Below the pieces are notes generated by a model, which saw nothing but the letters and a program-made list of their open reading frames with translations, searched no databases and was not told where the DNA came from. A program made the translations under genes and the position numbers. Below, piece by piece: positions 42,102-52,597 of a DNA stretch of 64,000 nt (the stretch's first letter is position 1; the number at the start of each line of letters is the position of its first letter). Source of the DNA: a virus; IMG/VR virus record IMGVR_UViG_3300031231_000003, positions 32,001 to 96,000 of that record; one strand, given 5' to 3'.

Positions 42102-42492
42102 ACATTCGCCACGTTTTGTAATTGCTCCCGATATCGTGGCGGGCAATGTGTTCATAGGGAGCGAGATTCCTACGAATCCTCCAATTCCCGATGGAATCAT
42201 CATTAGCGCGATTAAGAACGATCAGATTGAAGGTTTGACATTCGGGAAATTCACGATCAAAAAAGTCATTAACTTAAGACCTGGAATCGATGTTCTGGAT
42301 GAACATGATCCCTTTAAAGGTCTCATTATTGCGAACGTTGAGTGTGATAAACAAGAACATGACAGAGCGCCGACGTTCGCGGGAGACTGGTACGGCTTCA
42401 GCGACAGAAAGATCTTGATCATTAACAATTCGGGAGTTCGTTGGTTGTTCGCGTACAATGATTCACTTTTCAGGATCAGAACGTGGGGATAA
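42091..42492 (+). CDS. Tandem 'PGD'-family protein
   Basis: Internal NLRPGIDVL..KGLIIAN..RKIL closely matches the preceding ORF; start uncertain. Confidence 0.55.
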   Translation: MKLEHSPRFVIAPDIVAGNVFIGSEIPTNPPIPDGIIISAIKNDQIEGLTFGKFTIKKVINLRPGIDVLDEHDPFKGLIIANVECDKQEHDRAPTFAGDWYGFSDRKILIINNSGVRWLFAYNDSLFRIRTWG

Positions 42493-42513
42493 AGACGGCA
42501 AAGGAGCAGAATC

Positions 42514-42675
42514 ATGCATCCAAAAGAAATAAAGAAGCGTTTGTTCGAATTTTTCTTCATTAGCGAAAAAGTTCCACTGTTCGTAAAAATTGGTCGTTTC
42601 AGCATTCCCGCAGGTCTTTATGAACAATTTCTGCCGGAACGATTCAAAAGATGGCTCGTTAAACGAAAAAGATAG
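42514..42675 (+). CDS. Small basic hypothetical protein (53 aa)
   Basis: AAGGAG SD; MHPKEIKKRLFEFF..KRKR; below the ORF-track cutoff. Confidence 0.5.
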   Translation: MHPKEIKKRLFEFFFISEKVPLFVKIGRFSIPAGLYEQFLPERFKRWLVKRKR

Positions 42676-42723
42676 TGTTTTCATCCACGAATCGTGATAA
42701 GATCAGATCAACAAGGATATATC

Positions 42724-42894
42724 ATGGCAATTCATACGACCATCCGGTACGAGTACGTGAACGATAAACACACCCCTCTCGATGTTCCTCGGCAGGTCAC
42801 GACCTACGAAGGTCGGGTATTGAAGGTCTTCAACGAGCAGTTTCGGGCGATGTCGGACATCTACACGATGGCGAAGAACGTGAAGGCAGTATGA
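42724..42894 (+). CDS. Hypothetical protein (possibly truncated)
   Basis: AAGGA SD before ATG 42724; ends in an ATGA overlap with a PGD ORF. Confidence 0.5.
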   Translation: MAIHTTIRYEYVNDKHTPLDVPRQVTTYEGRVLKVFNEQFRAMSDIYTMAKNVKAV

Positions 42895-43145
42895 AGTACT
42901 CTGAATTGCTCCCTGGCGACGTCATCTTTTATCCGGGTTGGAAGGAAAGGTTCAACGTGACATCCTCACAGATCGGTCATGATGTGATTCTTTCGGTTTG
43001 TTTGGGGAAGAATTTCGAGATCAAAATCTACGTAATGTACACGAACCCGCAGAAACAATCTTCCGTCAAAAAGTGGTTCACTAGATCTGACGAGATCATC
43101 GAAAGCGACCGCACAGTGCACAGAAAAGGTGTACTGATCCACTGA
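42891..43145 (+). CDS. Small 'PGD'-family protein
   Basis: MKYSELLPGDVIFY. Confidence 0.65.
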   Translation: MKYSELLPGDVIFYPGWKERFNVTSSQIGHDVILSVCLGKNFEIKIYVMYTNPQKQSSVKKWFTRSDEIIESDRTVHRKGVLIH

Positions 43146-43147
43146 GC

Positions 43148-43372
43148 GTGATACAATTGAACGTGAAATCAATCTTTGACAATAGACACAAGAACACGTT
43201 CGTGGCAACATTGCTTGGAATGTTGGTAGCGATTCCACTCATTTACACGCTCAATTACTTTCTAACGGGCCGCGGGTACGTATCGTGGGTTGCGATATTG
43301 CTCACTCTCGTTTCGTTGAACGTGTATTACCATTACAAAGACAAAAAAGAAGACGAAAAAAAGTTGCAGTAA
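43148..43372 (+). CDS. Small two-TM membrane protein
   Basis: Two hydrophobic helices and a charged tail. Confidence 0.6.
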   Translation: MIQLNVKSIFDNRHKNTFVATLLGMLVAIPLIYTLNYFLTGRGYVSWVAILLTLVSLNVYYHYKDKKEDEKKLQ

Positions 43373-43407
43373 CGTGTTTCCTTAGTTCATTCATGATATG
43401 ATCAATC

Positions 43408-43611
43408 ATGTTCGGCAACCTGATCAACACGTTCCTCGAATTGCTGGGATACGACAATCGTAACGTTGCAGCACAACGTTCGGTTTACGCGGTCAAGCTT
43501 CCGAAGGCTTCGAAGGTTCCGAACGATCTTTACTTGATCGCGGCAACGCAATTCAACACGACCGACCAAGACAGCGAGCTTTTGTTGACTCTCGCAGGAG
43601 ACTTTGAGTGA
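43408..43611 (+). CDS. Hypothetical protein
   Basis: TATGAT -10 box 5 nt upstream; GTGA overlap with the next gene. Confidence 0.55.
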   Translation: MFGNLINTFLELLGYDNRNVAAQRSVYAVKLPKASKVPNDLYLIAATQFNTTDQDSELLLTLAGDFE

Positions 43612-44717
43612 TCCTATTTTCAATCGTCCTTTTGATCCCGCTCATCTGCGCGGCTGCTGCGTTTTGCTTTTCAAAGCAAATTTGTCCCAAGGAACTTGCT
43701 GTCATCGCGGGGACACAGATCGTCGTTGCGATAGTATCTGCGTTGGTTTGTTACAACATGTCAACTTGTGACAATGAAACCTGGAACTCAAGGATCGTAT
43801 CAAAGCAAAAAGTATACACGTCATGTTCTCACTCGTATTCATGCCATTGTCGCGAAAGCTGTTCTGGTTCTGGTAAGAACAGATCATGTCATCAGGTATG
43901 CGACACTTGTTACGAGCATTCCAACGACTGGAACTGGAGGATTGATACTTCAACGGGCGAATCATTGAACATCGATCGTATCGATCGTCGTGGTTCTAAC
44001 GAGCCTCCACGTTGGACTCGAGCATTCATCAATGAACCCGTATCAACCACGCATTCGTACACGAACTACATAAAAGCTTCTCCCGATTCATTGTTTCGCC
44101 ACCAAGGTCTGGTTGAGAAGTACAAAGGAACGATACCTGAGCATCCCGACAACGTGTACGACTATTATCGTCTCGATAGGTTCGTGACGGTCCACGTCAA
44201 CGTGAAGGATTCCAGGTACTGGAACGACGACCTGATGCAACTTAACGCTGAACTCGGCTCAAAAAAGCAAGTCAACGTCATCGTTGTGCTCGTCAACGGG
44301 CTCTCACAAGAGTACTTTTACGCCCTTGAACAAGCATGGATCGGTGGGAAGAAAAACGATGTTGTACTTGTCGTCGACGTTGATTCGAACAAGAAACCCG
44401 TCTGGGCATCGGTGATGGCATGGGAATCGAACGATGTGTTCAAGATCAAGCTTCGTGATACGATCATGGAGCAAGAGACGATCGAACGCTGGACGGTGAT
44501 TCCCGTGTTGAAGGATACGATCACGAAGTACCACGTTCGAAAGCCAATGTCCGACTTCGAGTACCTGAAATCTGCGATCGTTCCATCGACATTGCAATAC
44601 GTCGTCACTTTGGGAATCGCATTCTTGCTGACGATCATTCTTGTGGTCGTCTTCTATGTTAACGAAACGTTCGATTCGTACGGTTCATCGTACGGTCGAC
44701 GCAATCGGTTCTACTAA
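43608..44717 (+). CDS. Membrane protein with Cys-rich exported domain
   Basis: Two N-terminal TMs, [25 protein letters not shown] and a C-terminal TM. Confidence 0.75.
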   Translation: MILFSIVLLIPLICAAAAFCFSKQICPKELAVIAGTQIVVAIVSALVCYNMSTCDNETWNSRIVSKQKVYTSCSHSYSCHCRESCSGSGKNRSCHQVCDTCYEHSNDWNWRIDTSTGESLNIDRIDRRGSNEPPRWTRAFINEPVSTTHSYTNYIKASPDSLFRHQGLVEKYKGTIPEHPDNVYDYYRLDRFVTVHVNVKDSRYWNDDLMQLNAELGSKKQVNVIVVLVNGLSQEYFYALEQAWIGGKKNDVVLVVDVDSNKKPVWASVMAWESNDVFKIKLRDTIMEQETIERWTVIPVLKDTITKYHVRKPMSDFEYLKSAIVPSTLQYVVTLGIAFLLTIILVVVFYVNETFDSYGSSYGRRNRFY

Positions 44718-44736
44718 CAAAAAGAAAGAAAAAGAA

Positions 44737-45291
44737 ATGTCAACCTCGGTTAAAATTCTGCTCGTCGTACTCGTCTTCTTTGGGTTCACCGTGTTCTTGG
44801 GTGGTGGTTGCGTAATGTCTATCAACAACGATCTGGTTCGTCAAGAAGCGGGTCTTGAAGCCCAATATAAACAGAATCAGAACAATTATGCTAATTATTT
44901 CAATAAGTTGAAAGAATCCGCCCAGGTACCAAAGATGTATGCCGCCGATCTACAGAAACTGTACACGGGAACGATGCAAGGTCGCTACGGCGCCGATGGT
45001 TCCAAGGCGATTTTTCAGTTCATCAAGGAACACAATCCCTCGGTCGACATTTCGGTGTACAAGCAACTCCAGCAGATCATCGAGGCGGGTCGCAACAGTT
45101 TCGAAGCAGATCAAAAGACGTTGCTTGACAAGAAGCGGGTGTACGAGGTTTCGTTGAACACCTTCCCCGATAGCTTCGTTGCAAGCTTCCTTGGTTTCCC
45201 CAAGAAGGACATTTCCAAGTTCGACATCGTCATCAACGACGAAACTGAGAAGGCCTTCGACACGAAGAAAGCGGGTCCAATTGAGCTCTGA
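44737..45291 (+). CDS. LemA-like membrane-anchored coiled-coil protein
   Basis: N-terminal TM, N..V..E..L.A, IEAGRN.F and FP..FVA.FLGF. Confidence 0.7.
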   Translation: MSTSVKILLVVLVFFGFTVFLGGGCVMSINNDLVRQEAGLEAQYKQNQNNYANYFNKLKESAQVPKMYAADLQKLYTGTMQGRYGADGSKAIFQFIKEHNPSVDISVYKQLQQIIEAGRNSFEADQKTLLDKKRVYEVSLNTFPDSFVASFLGFPKKDISKFDIVINDETEKAFDTKKAGPIEL

Positions 45292-45718
45292 AGTCAGAAA
45301 TTTTCCAAGTAGTTTTCCATCTTGGTCGGTTGTTGTCTTGAGTACGGCAACCTTGTTCACGGGAATCATAATCGGAACCGCGGTAAAATCCGATTCAAAG
45401 TCGATCGTGAATCACGCAGCGGCGATAACTCAAAACAAGAACGATATCGATAAACTACGTCGTGATTTTCAAAACGTAGGTCTCGACATTGAAAAGTGGG
45501 GTGAACAAGTTAGCGAACTTAAAAACAACGTCGATGAATTCAAGATCAACGTTGCTTCCCTTCGAGGAACGACGGAAAGAATTCAAAGTTCTCTTCAACC
45601 TCGAGATTGCAATCCAACAACGAAGCGTGAAGTCACCTGGTACGCGGAATGCTTGAAGAATTCAAATGAATGCTGTGCCAAGTTCCTTCGTGCGGTGGAG
45701 ATCGGTTACTTTAAATGA
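45179..45718 (+). CDS. Hypothetical TM + coiled-coil protein (start uncertain, probably about 45280-45320)
   Basis: TM segment then heptads; ATGA overlap with the next gene. Confidence 0.5.
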   Translation: MQASLVSPRRTFPSSTSSSTTKLRRPSTRRKRVQLSSEVRNFPSSFPSWSVVVLSTATLFTGIIIGTAVKSDSKSIVNHAAAITQNKNDIDKLRRDFQNVGLDIEKWGEQVSELKNNVDEFKINVASLRGTTERIQSSLQPRDCNPTTKREVTWYAECLKNSNECCAKFLRAVEIGYFK

Positions 45719-46077
45719 TCAAAATTCTAGCGAAGATTTCAACCTCATTGTACAGAACGTCTCTGTTCATGCGTTCCGTGAGGTTCTTCTTCCAGCGAAG
45801 GTTTCGAGGTTGGGATGACAGCGATACTTGGGCGCTCGATACGACGATATCGAAGCTCATCCTGCCTCGATTGAAACGCTTCAAGCTTTTGAAGGTCGGT
45901 TGTCCAAGTCATGTTGAGTCGATGGAAGAGTGGAATGCAATGCTCATGAAAATGATCCATGCGTTCGAGTTCCTGGCATCCGATGAAAAGTACGGGAACT
46001 TCGATCAGGTGAAGAACAACGAGGTCAACGAGGGTCTCGACATGTTTTGTCAGAACTTTCGTTCGCTCTGGTGGTGA
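45715..46077 (+). CDS. Phage hypothetical protein
   Basis: RG.DDSD.W.LD..ILPRL..F..W...L..MI.AF..GL..F...F..LWW pattern familiar from phage proteins. Confidence 0.7.
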   Translation: MIKILAKISTSLYRTSLFMRSVRFFFQRRFRGWDDSDTWALDTTISKLILPRLKRFKLLKVGCPSHVESMEEWNAMLMKMIHAFEFLASDEKYGNFDQVKNNEVNEGLDMFCQNFRSLWW

Positions 46078-46081
46078 AATA

Positions 46082-46342
46082 ATGAAACTGTGTGACGTTC
46101 GACCGGGAGATTACTTGAAATGGACGAACGGCCTGTGCTTTTGCATCTCTGTCATTCGTAACGACAAGTACGACCGTAGGAATTCGAGAAGAGAACCGAC
46201 ATGGACGCTCAATTTCGTTTTCAACGATTTTCCCGGAAAGATGCGATTTTCGGCAATCACCAACGCAACGAGCGAGGTCATGAATGCTAGCAGGGATAAT
46301 ACCCAGAGGTTGAATTCACCGTTCGACGACGGCTCGAGATGA
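46082..46342 (+). CDS. Small 'PGD'-family protein
   Basis: MKLCDVRPGDYLKW..FCISV. Confidence 0.6.
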   Translation: MKLCDVRPGDYLKWTNGLCFCISVIRNDKYDRRNSRREPTWTLNFVFNDFPGKMRFSAITNATSEVMNASRDNTQRLNSPFDDGSR

Positions 46343-46448
46343 ATTTTTAGTGATTCGATTATGGAATCCTTGTTCAACGAAAGAAATTCATCTCGAGCAA
46401 ATTCTTGATATTGAACTCATTCTCGGATACGTCGCTAATTAATCCCAG

Positions 46449-48926
46449 ATGTCATTGTTCAAGCTTAAAAGGGGAGACTTTGATTCGTTCTCCATAAACA
46501 CGAATCCTCTTCGTACATACTCATCGTCAAGTGCGGGTGTCACGGGAAGCCTGAACATATTTGCGAGACGATCATCGACTGAGAAGGACGTTCCTACGAG
46601 CAGCACGTTCGTGGATTCAACACACAGTGACAGCGGTATCGCGAGCTCGATTGATCACGTTCAAAAGGTCGGTAAGTTGTTCAGGAACAACTCCGCGACT
46701 CGGACAAGCGATCCAACATTGTTCAATCGAACGTTGCAATCGTTTCTGACCGACGTCAACAACACGTCAACGTCCGCGAGGAAGCAACAGAAACTCAGCA
46801 TCTTTCGTACGGTTCCATCGTTCAACTTCACGGTCGATACATGCAGGAAGTTGCTGATCAAGAACACGCTGAATCCTTACTACCGTGACATGTTCCCGCA
46901 TGCTAACTGGGCGTACACGAACTACAATTGCTTGAATTTCTTCACCGCATCGACCGTTCCAACATCGAGCGTGTTGTTGTATCCGAACGTTGAAGCCCCG
47001 ATCGAACATGCTGGGTTCGTCGGTGGAACGTACTCGTTGTCAGGTGCGTTCAGCTTCGATTTTTGCATCAACCCCCGGTACACGACATCGTCGCCCAACC
47101 AAGAATTCAAGGCGGGAACGTTGTTCCACCTTTCCTCGAGCTATGCGGTATCGTTGATCAGTGGTTCCGCTAAGGACGAGAATGGGCATCCTTCGTTCTT
47201 TAGGTTGCAATTACAACTCTCTCACAGTGCCGATATCGTTCCGTCGCTGGCTGTGCCCGGAACGTCATTTCCCAACAACCTCACATTCTTGTCAAACGAC
47301 AATGTTCTGAAACGTAATAACTGGCATCACGTAATCATACGTTGGGGAACCAACTTAACGAATCATGGTACCGGTTCGTTCAACATTGATAAGATCGATC
47401 AAGGAACATTCGTGATTCCCTCGGGAACGATTGAACTCAATGGAATTTGGCCAGCAGCCCTTTGCGTTGGTAACTTTTACGAAGGTGTTCCTGATATTGA
47501 AGCATTCTTCGCCAATGATCCCGCAACTCGTGACGGTCTTGAAGTGCTCGATGGTACGCCTGGCGTTGAAACGCCGTCTCGATTCTCGTTCAACCACCCG
47601 CTGAATGCGGAGGTTCACGATCTGATGATCAAGCGGTACTACATGGGTGATAATGACATCGTCGCATCAGCCTCACGAGGTCCCACGGAGATCCCCGCCG
47701 ACAAGTTCGCATTGTTCATTCCTCCGTTCTTCGTTGAGGATTCTCCTTTCAGGCAATTCGTCGGAACCCACGGCGGGGTTCCACAAACTCCGTTCTTTGA
47801 GCTTGATAGTTCGACGAATGATCCATTCAACGTTGCGATGTCATTCGGTGTCGGAGGACATTACATCAACCTCGAAAACTTTGTTCGAGACTTTGCATCC
47901 GACGTGTTTCCTCGTTTGCATCACTTGACGGGAGTCGCGATAACGACAACGACCGATGATTTCAGATCTGCGAACGAGTACCTGTACGCTCAACCATTCG
48001 TTGTGAAGAGAAATCTGACGATCCTTCCTTGCGATGACGGCACGTTCGTTCCTAACTTCGACCTGTTGCAGGATGAATCACCGAATTCAAAGTTCACGAA
48101 TGATTTGGGTTCTGAGGATCTCAGTCTCATCAACATGAGCGAGATGATGAACACGTCATCGTTGTTGTTCGGTACTGATTTTGGAACCGATGCAAAGTCT
48201 CTCGAGGAAGCGAACGCATTCGTTGACGAACTGATTGGATTCACGCCCGAACAACCGGGCCGCTCTGCCGGTAATGCATTCAGGAACTTCGTTCGCTTGA
48301 TAGACGCATCTGTAGCTTCGGGAACGTTCGATCCAGGATTGCAAGCAGGCGCGCCACTGACGATCTACAATCGAACAAGGGACGCTTCGTCAAATCAGGT
48401 GACGATGTTCGACCTCAGCAACCTTTTTTATGGTGACAAGATTGATTCTGAATCATTCACCATGAGCGATTCTGGTCTTTCCGGGTCCGGAGGGACAATT
48501 CGAATCACTTTGAAGGACGATGGAAGGGGAAACCTATACCGTGCAGATGCTGAAACGTCACACCCGAAATGGAATAGTGTTGGAAGTATCTACCCCTACG
48601 AAGGTGTGATAGTCATTAAAAGCCCCCATCTCAATTTTTTTGGACAAGAACAGTACGACATGAGTTTTCGAGGAGAGAGAAACGTTCACGTGATGAAGAT
48701 TGATTGCATTGCGCCGGCAGGACAGTTGAACTCATCATCGAATCCGAATTTCACGTCCGTTCTACCGTCGGGTCATGCAAACGATCCTGATACTGAGTTC
48801 GTTTACGTGAATCAAATTTTGTTACACGATGACAATCTAAACGTAGTTGCAAAAGCGCAGCTTGTTCAACCAATGATGAAACGCCTTGGTGATAAATATC
48901 TTTTCCGAATAAAACTCGACTGGTAG
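46449..48926 (+). CDS. Putative baseplate/tail structural protein with LamG-like region
   Basis: FSFDFCINP and NNWHHVIIRW (LamG-like); C-terminal NSSSNP..LHDDNLNVVAKA.L.QP..K..FRIKLDW; late-type motif upstream. Confidence 0.7.
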   Translation: MSLFKLKRGDFDSFSINTNPLRTYSSSSAGVTGSLNIFARRSSTEKDVPTSSTFVDSTHSDSGIASSIDHVQKVGKLFRNNSATRTSDPTLFNRTLQSFLTDVNNTSTSARKQQKLSIFRTVPSFNFTVDTCRKLLIKNTLNPYYRDMFPHANWAYTNYNCLNFFTASTVPTSSVLLYPNVEAPIEHAGFVGGTYSLSGAFSFDFCINPRYTTSSPNQEFKAGTLFHLSSSYAVSLISGSAKDENGHPSFFRLQLQLSHSADIVPSLAVPGTSFPNNLTFLSNDNVLKRNNWHHVIIRWGTNLTNHGTGSFNIDKIDQGTFVIPSGTIELNGIWPAALCVGNFYEGVPDIEAFFANDPATRDGLEVLDGTPGVETPSRFSFNHPLNAEVHDLMIKRYYMGDNDIVASASRGPTEIPADKFALFIPPFFVEDSPFRQFVGTHGGVPQTPFFELDSSTNDPFNVAMSFGVGGHYINLENFVRDFASDVFPRLHHLTGVAITTTTDDFRSANEYLYAQPFVVKRNLTILPCDDGTFVPNFDLLQDESPNSKFTNDLGSEDLSLINMSEMMNTSSLLFGTDFGTDAKSLEEANAFVDELIGFTPEQPGRSAGNAFRNFVRLIDASVASGTFDPGLQAGAPLTIYNRTRDASSNQVTMFDLSNLFYGDKIDSESFTMSDSGLSGSGGTIRITLKDDGRGNLYRADAETSHPKWNSVGSIYPYEGVIVIKSPHLNFFGQEQYDMSFRGERNVHVMKIDCIAPAGQLNSSSNPNFTSVLPSGHANDPDTEFVYVNQILLHDDNLNVVAKAQLVQPMMKRLGDKYLFRIKLDW

Positions 48927-48984
48927 AGGTTAAACCAGTTCAAATTTTGAACACGAATTTTAAACGTGTTATATTTATCGTGTT

Positions 48985-49266
48985 ATGAATCAGTACGTGG
49001 GGTTACAACAAGATCTGTATTTAGAGGAATCTAAAATGGAAAAAAATGCGTTGAAACGAAAACTTCGAACGATTTTTGAAACTTCATTTTTTAAAAATGA
49101 TGATCCCGCCTGCAAAGAAATGCTTGACATTGCTTTTGTAAACAATGATCAATTTAACATTACGAGGGAAATTGATTCATGGGTTTTGAACGCTGGTCGT
49201 GCACATTTATTGATTGCCAATAAAGATCTCAATCAAGTTCGTAAACTTGTAGCTAAACTTCAGTAA
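48985..49266 (+). CDS. Hypothetical protein
   Basis: TATTTAT motif upstream; TAATG coupling. Confidence 0.55.
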   Translation: MNQYVGLQQDLYLEESKMEKNALKRKLRTIFETSFFKNDDPACKEMLDIAFVNNDQFNITREIDSWVLNAGRAHLLIANKDLNQVRKLVAKLQ

Positions 49267-49523
49267 TGATCTACAGGCCAGGACAACAAGTAAAACTTGA
49301 TCCAGCTTATTTTCAAGTATTAGTCAATTCGCCAATTGGTTCTAGTGATGTTGGGTTGATTATTTGTCAGCTAGATTCTCTAGATAGGAATGATAACGTT
49401 GAATACTTGGTTCTTTGGAATGGAATCAATTATTGTAAATACACGAATGAAATTGTTCTTGTTGAAGAAACGATAGTTGAACGTGTTTTCAAGCGTTTAT
49501 TGACGTTCATGAGTCATTCATGA
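49266..49523 (+). CDS. Small SH3-like protein (paralog of 57059-57298)
   Basis: YRPGQQVKL..NSP.G..GLII..YLVLW..IVERVFKRL. Confidence 0.6.
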   Translation: MIYRPGQQVKLDPAYFQVLVNSPIGSSDVGLIICQLDSLDRNDNVEYLVLWNGINYCKYTNEIVLVEETIVERVFKRLLTFMSHS

Positions 49524-49744
49524 TTCGTCGTTCATCTCCCTGGTACTCGTTCTTCAAAGCTTTCAAGATTGATGATCACGATGGATTCGCTGAAACACTT
49601 GGTTTCGCCGATCTTCAGGATCTTGAACGATACGAGCCGATCGATGTCTTCAATTCAATGACTGGCGAGTTCATTCAGGTCATGATGGCGATCGATCCAA
49701 ACATGTCAATCAATGACGTCGTGCAGACAATGAAAGAATGTTGA
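49520..49744 (+). CDS. Hypothetical acidic protein
   Basis: ATGA overlap. Confidence 0.5.
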   Translation: MIRRSSPWYSFFKAFKIDDHDGFAETLGFADLQDLERYEPIDVFNSMTGEFIQVMMAIDPNMSINDVVQTMKEC

Positions 49745-49760
49745 CCCCGAGACGTGCACT

Positions 49761-50189
49761 TTGATGCCACGTCTCCTACGTATCAACGTGGCAACCACCA
49801 AAAAACGACGACGGAAATCTCGTAGAGCGAAACGTGGCGTCTACGTTTCACTGAAAACGGGACAAGTTTGCAATTATAGATCGGGGTGGGAATTACTTGT
49901 AATGAAACATCTTGACGAAAATCCACTTGTTGAGAAGTTCATATATGAACCTTTTGCAATTCCTTATGTTTCGAATTCAAGGACGGGCAAAGTTCGAAGA
50001 TATTATCCAGATCTTGCAATTGAGTATATAGATGGATCTCGTTGTCTAGTTGAAATCAAACCAAGCTCGAAGATCAAAAAACCCACAGTTATTAAAAAAA
50101 CGAATGCGGCGATTGCTTGGTGTTTAAACAACGGCATGATCTTCTCTTTTATAACTGAAAAGGATCTAAAGAGTTTAGGATTGTTGTGA
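49761..50189 (+). CDS. TnsA-N-like PD-(D/E)xK nuclease (T4 gp4 head-completion-like)
   Basis: YRSGWE..LD.NP.V..YEP..IPY..RRYYPD..LVEIKP..F.FITEKDL. Confidence 0.8.
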   Translation: MMPRLLRINVATTKKRRRKSRRAKRGVYVSLKTGQVCNYRSGWELLVMKHLDENPLVEKFIYEPFAIPYVSNSRTGKVRRYYPDLAIEYIDGSRCLVEIKPSSKIKKPTVIKKTNAAIAWCLNNGMIFSFITEKDLKSLGLL

Positions 50190-51015
50190 ATTACCAAAAG
50201 ATTATTGATCAAATCGTTGATCGAGGAAAATTACGTGGTTTACCTCGAGTAAGACCAAAAGGTTTTGAACGTCATCATATTCTTCCATGTAGTTTTGGTG
50301 GCACGAATAAAAAATCGAATCTCGTTGATTTAACGCCTCGTGAACATTTTATTGTTCATCATCTTCTTGCAAGAATTCATGGTGGAAAAATGTCACAAGC
50401 ATGGTGGATGATGTGTCATCAAAATAGTAAAACGGGATTCAAACCAAATTCAAGACAATATGAAACAGCAAAAAGATTATTTTCCAAAATCATCACGGGA
50501 AATAGTTTTGCTTGTGGAAAACGTTCTAAAGAACAATGTGAAAATATTAAAAGATCCGTTCAGAATTTTTATGATAATCTAACTGATAGTGAACGTGAAG
50601 AACGTTCTCGTATTCAAAGTACATTTTTTAGCGAATTACATAAAGGAGTTCCTAAATCAGAAAATCACCGTGAAATTATTAGTAAATGCATGATAGAAGT
50701 ACATGCAAATTCATCAATCGAGAAAAAACAATCTAGAGCAAAAAAGATTAGCATAGCGTCTAAGGGTCATCCGGGGGCGCCAACTCCCCGTGGGCTAACA
50801 AAAGATTTTATCAAACACATAAAAGTGCATGTATTGGAAGAAAACACACTCCCGAAGAACGCCAAAAATTATCTAAAGCGAATTTAGGTAATAAAAATGC
50901 GCGTGGAAAACGTACAGAAAAACAAATTCAAAATATGAGGCGAGGTCATGCATTGAAGCGACAAAAAGAAGGAAAACCTCATCCCGGTGATGAAATTTTG
51001 TTGTCACAAACATAA
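50186..51015 (+). CDS. HNH homing endonuclease with NUMOD3 (frameshift at G-run 50773-50777)
   Basis: [26 protein letters not shown]; the shifted frame continues [22 protein letters not shown] to TAA 51015. Confidence 0.85.
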
Positions 51016-51032
51016 CTGTGTACAATTCGTAC

Positions 51033-51287
51033 ATGCCGTACATCAAGCAATGGGACCGTGCAGTACTGAATTCATCGACTCGAGAACCACAGACCGTTGG
51101 TGAGCTCAATTACATGATCACGAAGCTGGTGGATGAGTTCATTACACGAAACGGGAAGAATTACGCTACCATGAACGAAGCGATGGGAGCATTGGAATGC
51201 GCGAAGCTCGAGCTTTACAGGCGAATAGTGTCACCGTACGAGGATGCGAAGATCATCGAAAACGGTGACGTCTACAAGAACGTTTAA
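51033..51287 (+). CDS. Conserved phage protein (DUF6899-like)
   Basis: MPYI..P.T.GELNY.IT..GALEC.KLELYRR..PYED.KI.ENGDVY. Confidence 0.75.
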   Translation: MPYIKQWDRAVLNSSTREPQTVGELNYMITKLVDEFITRNGKNYATMNEAMGALECAKLELYRRIVSPYEDAKIIENGDVYKNV

Positions 51288-51289
51288 TC

Positions 51290-52597
51290 ATGCTGATCAA
51301 AAATTTTGTGAACGGATTCGTCTCCCTGAAAGACGAGAATTTATCGATCATCATTGACCCGTGGATCACTGACGGAATTTACGAGAATTCATGGTTCATT
51401 CATCCACCTTTGAAGAAGTTCGATGAGCTTTATGAAGCTGATTTCGTATTAATCACTCATATTCATGCTGATCATTTTGATGCGAACGCTCTTAAGTTAA
51501 CAAACTCGAATGCTAAAATTCTAATTCCTGACATTTATCCAAATAGGAATGTTTGTAAGCGAAGATTACCTCAGGAACTTCAGCATCGCATAATGTTCAT
51601 TCAACCGAAAATTAAGTTTCAACTTAACGAACGTTGTGAAATTGAATTCATACCGCCTATGAATACGTTTGGTCATAAAACGGATGAGAATAATTCGAAT
51701 GATAACGTTCCGGCAATTGATACGGGAATTGTTGTCACAATGGATGGAAAACAATTCGTTTTTTTGGCCGATAATTTTCCCTTTGAATCGAACTCATTGA
51801 GCGAGCAAGTCAATGGTTGTGAATTGTTCGCGTTTCCATACAATACTTTCGCAGATGATTACCCGCTTTGTTACGATGATCTATCAATCGATGAAAAGAG
51901 GCAAAAATCTCTCAATAGGAACGAACACAAGTTCAAATTGATGATTGATGTCATTCGTAGGATGAATCCGAAGAATTTACTTCCGTATTCATCAGATTTT
52001 TTATTGGGGGGACCGCGTTCGAATGAATTTCTTAGTGTTCATCCAGAACAATTTTTGCGTAAAGAATTCATTGCATCAACGTACGAACGAACGACGAAGA
52101 TCCCAACACATTTCATTATGGGAAATGATGAATTATTGATTCAAGATGGGATCGGTAAGGTCACGAAATTTGAAAATGATCATGATTTGAAAACACGAGC
52201 GAATGAATTGTATAGACAAAAATCGAACATTCATGATTCATACAAAAAGGTTGACATGAACGAGTTCATTGCGAACTTTCGAATCGCATCTGTGAATGCT
52301 CGTAAAAAGCTAATAGAAATGAATCTAAGTTCATCTTGGACGTTTCAACTTGTTCCTCAAGATCATGATACATTGTTGAGTTACGACATAAAGAATGATC
52401 AAGTGATCGTCGAAAACATCAAATCAATGCAACAAAATGAATTGCGATGCATTGCCCCAATCGAGTATTTGAATGCTTTGTTGACGTTCAAATCCCATTG
52501 GGACAATGCGATCATTTCGTGCAATCTTTCCTGGAACCGTTCACCAGATGATTACGATGTCGGAATCTACAAGATGCTAAACTTCTTTCATATTTAA
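51290..52597 (+). CDS. Metallo-beta-lactamase-fold protein, CMP-Neu5Ac hydroxylase/UlaG-like
   Basis: IIDPW..G.Y..SW, THIHADH, IDT, A..YP.CY, P...LPY and HW.NA..S. Confidence 0.7.
   Translation: MLIKNFVNGFVSLKDENLSIIIDPWITDGIYENSWFIHPPLKKFDELYEADFVLITHIHADHFDANALKLTNSNAKILIPDIYPNRNVCKRRLPQELQHRIMFIQPKIKFQLNERCEIEFIPPMNTFGHKTDENNSNDNVPAIDTGIVVTMDGKQFVFLADNFPFESNSLSEQVNGCELFAFPYNTFADDYPLCYDDLSIDEKRQKSLNRNEHKFKLMIDVIRRMNPKNLLPYSSDFLLGGPRSNEFLSVHPEQFLRKEFIASTYERTTKIPTHFIMGNDELLIQDGIGKVTKFENDHDLKTRANELYRQKSNIHDSYKKVDMNEFIANFRIASVNARKKLIEMNLSSSWTFQLVPQDHDTLLSYDIKNDQVIVENIKSMQQNELRCIAPIEYLNALLTFKSHWDNAIISCNLSWNRSPDDYDVGIYKMLNFFHI

Noticed and set aside
16226-48926. Genome-wide TAG recoding (genetic code 15)
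   Set aside because: Only one in-frame TAG interrupts a gene. TAG at 17493 and 48926 behaves as a true stop at natural protein ends, and coding density is already high under code 11.
34027-50189. Tn7-like transposon inferred from TnsA-like domains
   Set aside because: No TnsB/TnsC genes or terminal repeats; the domains fit phage gp4-like and homing nucleases.
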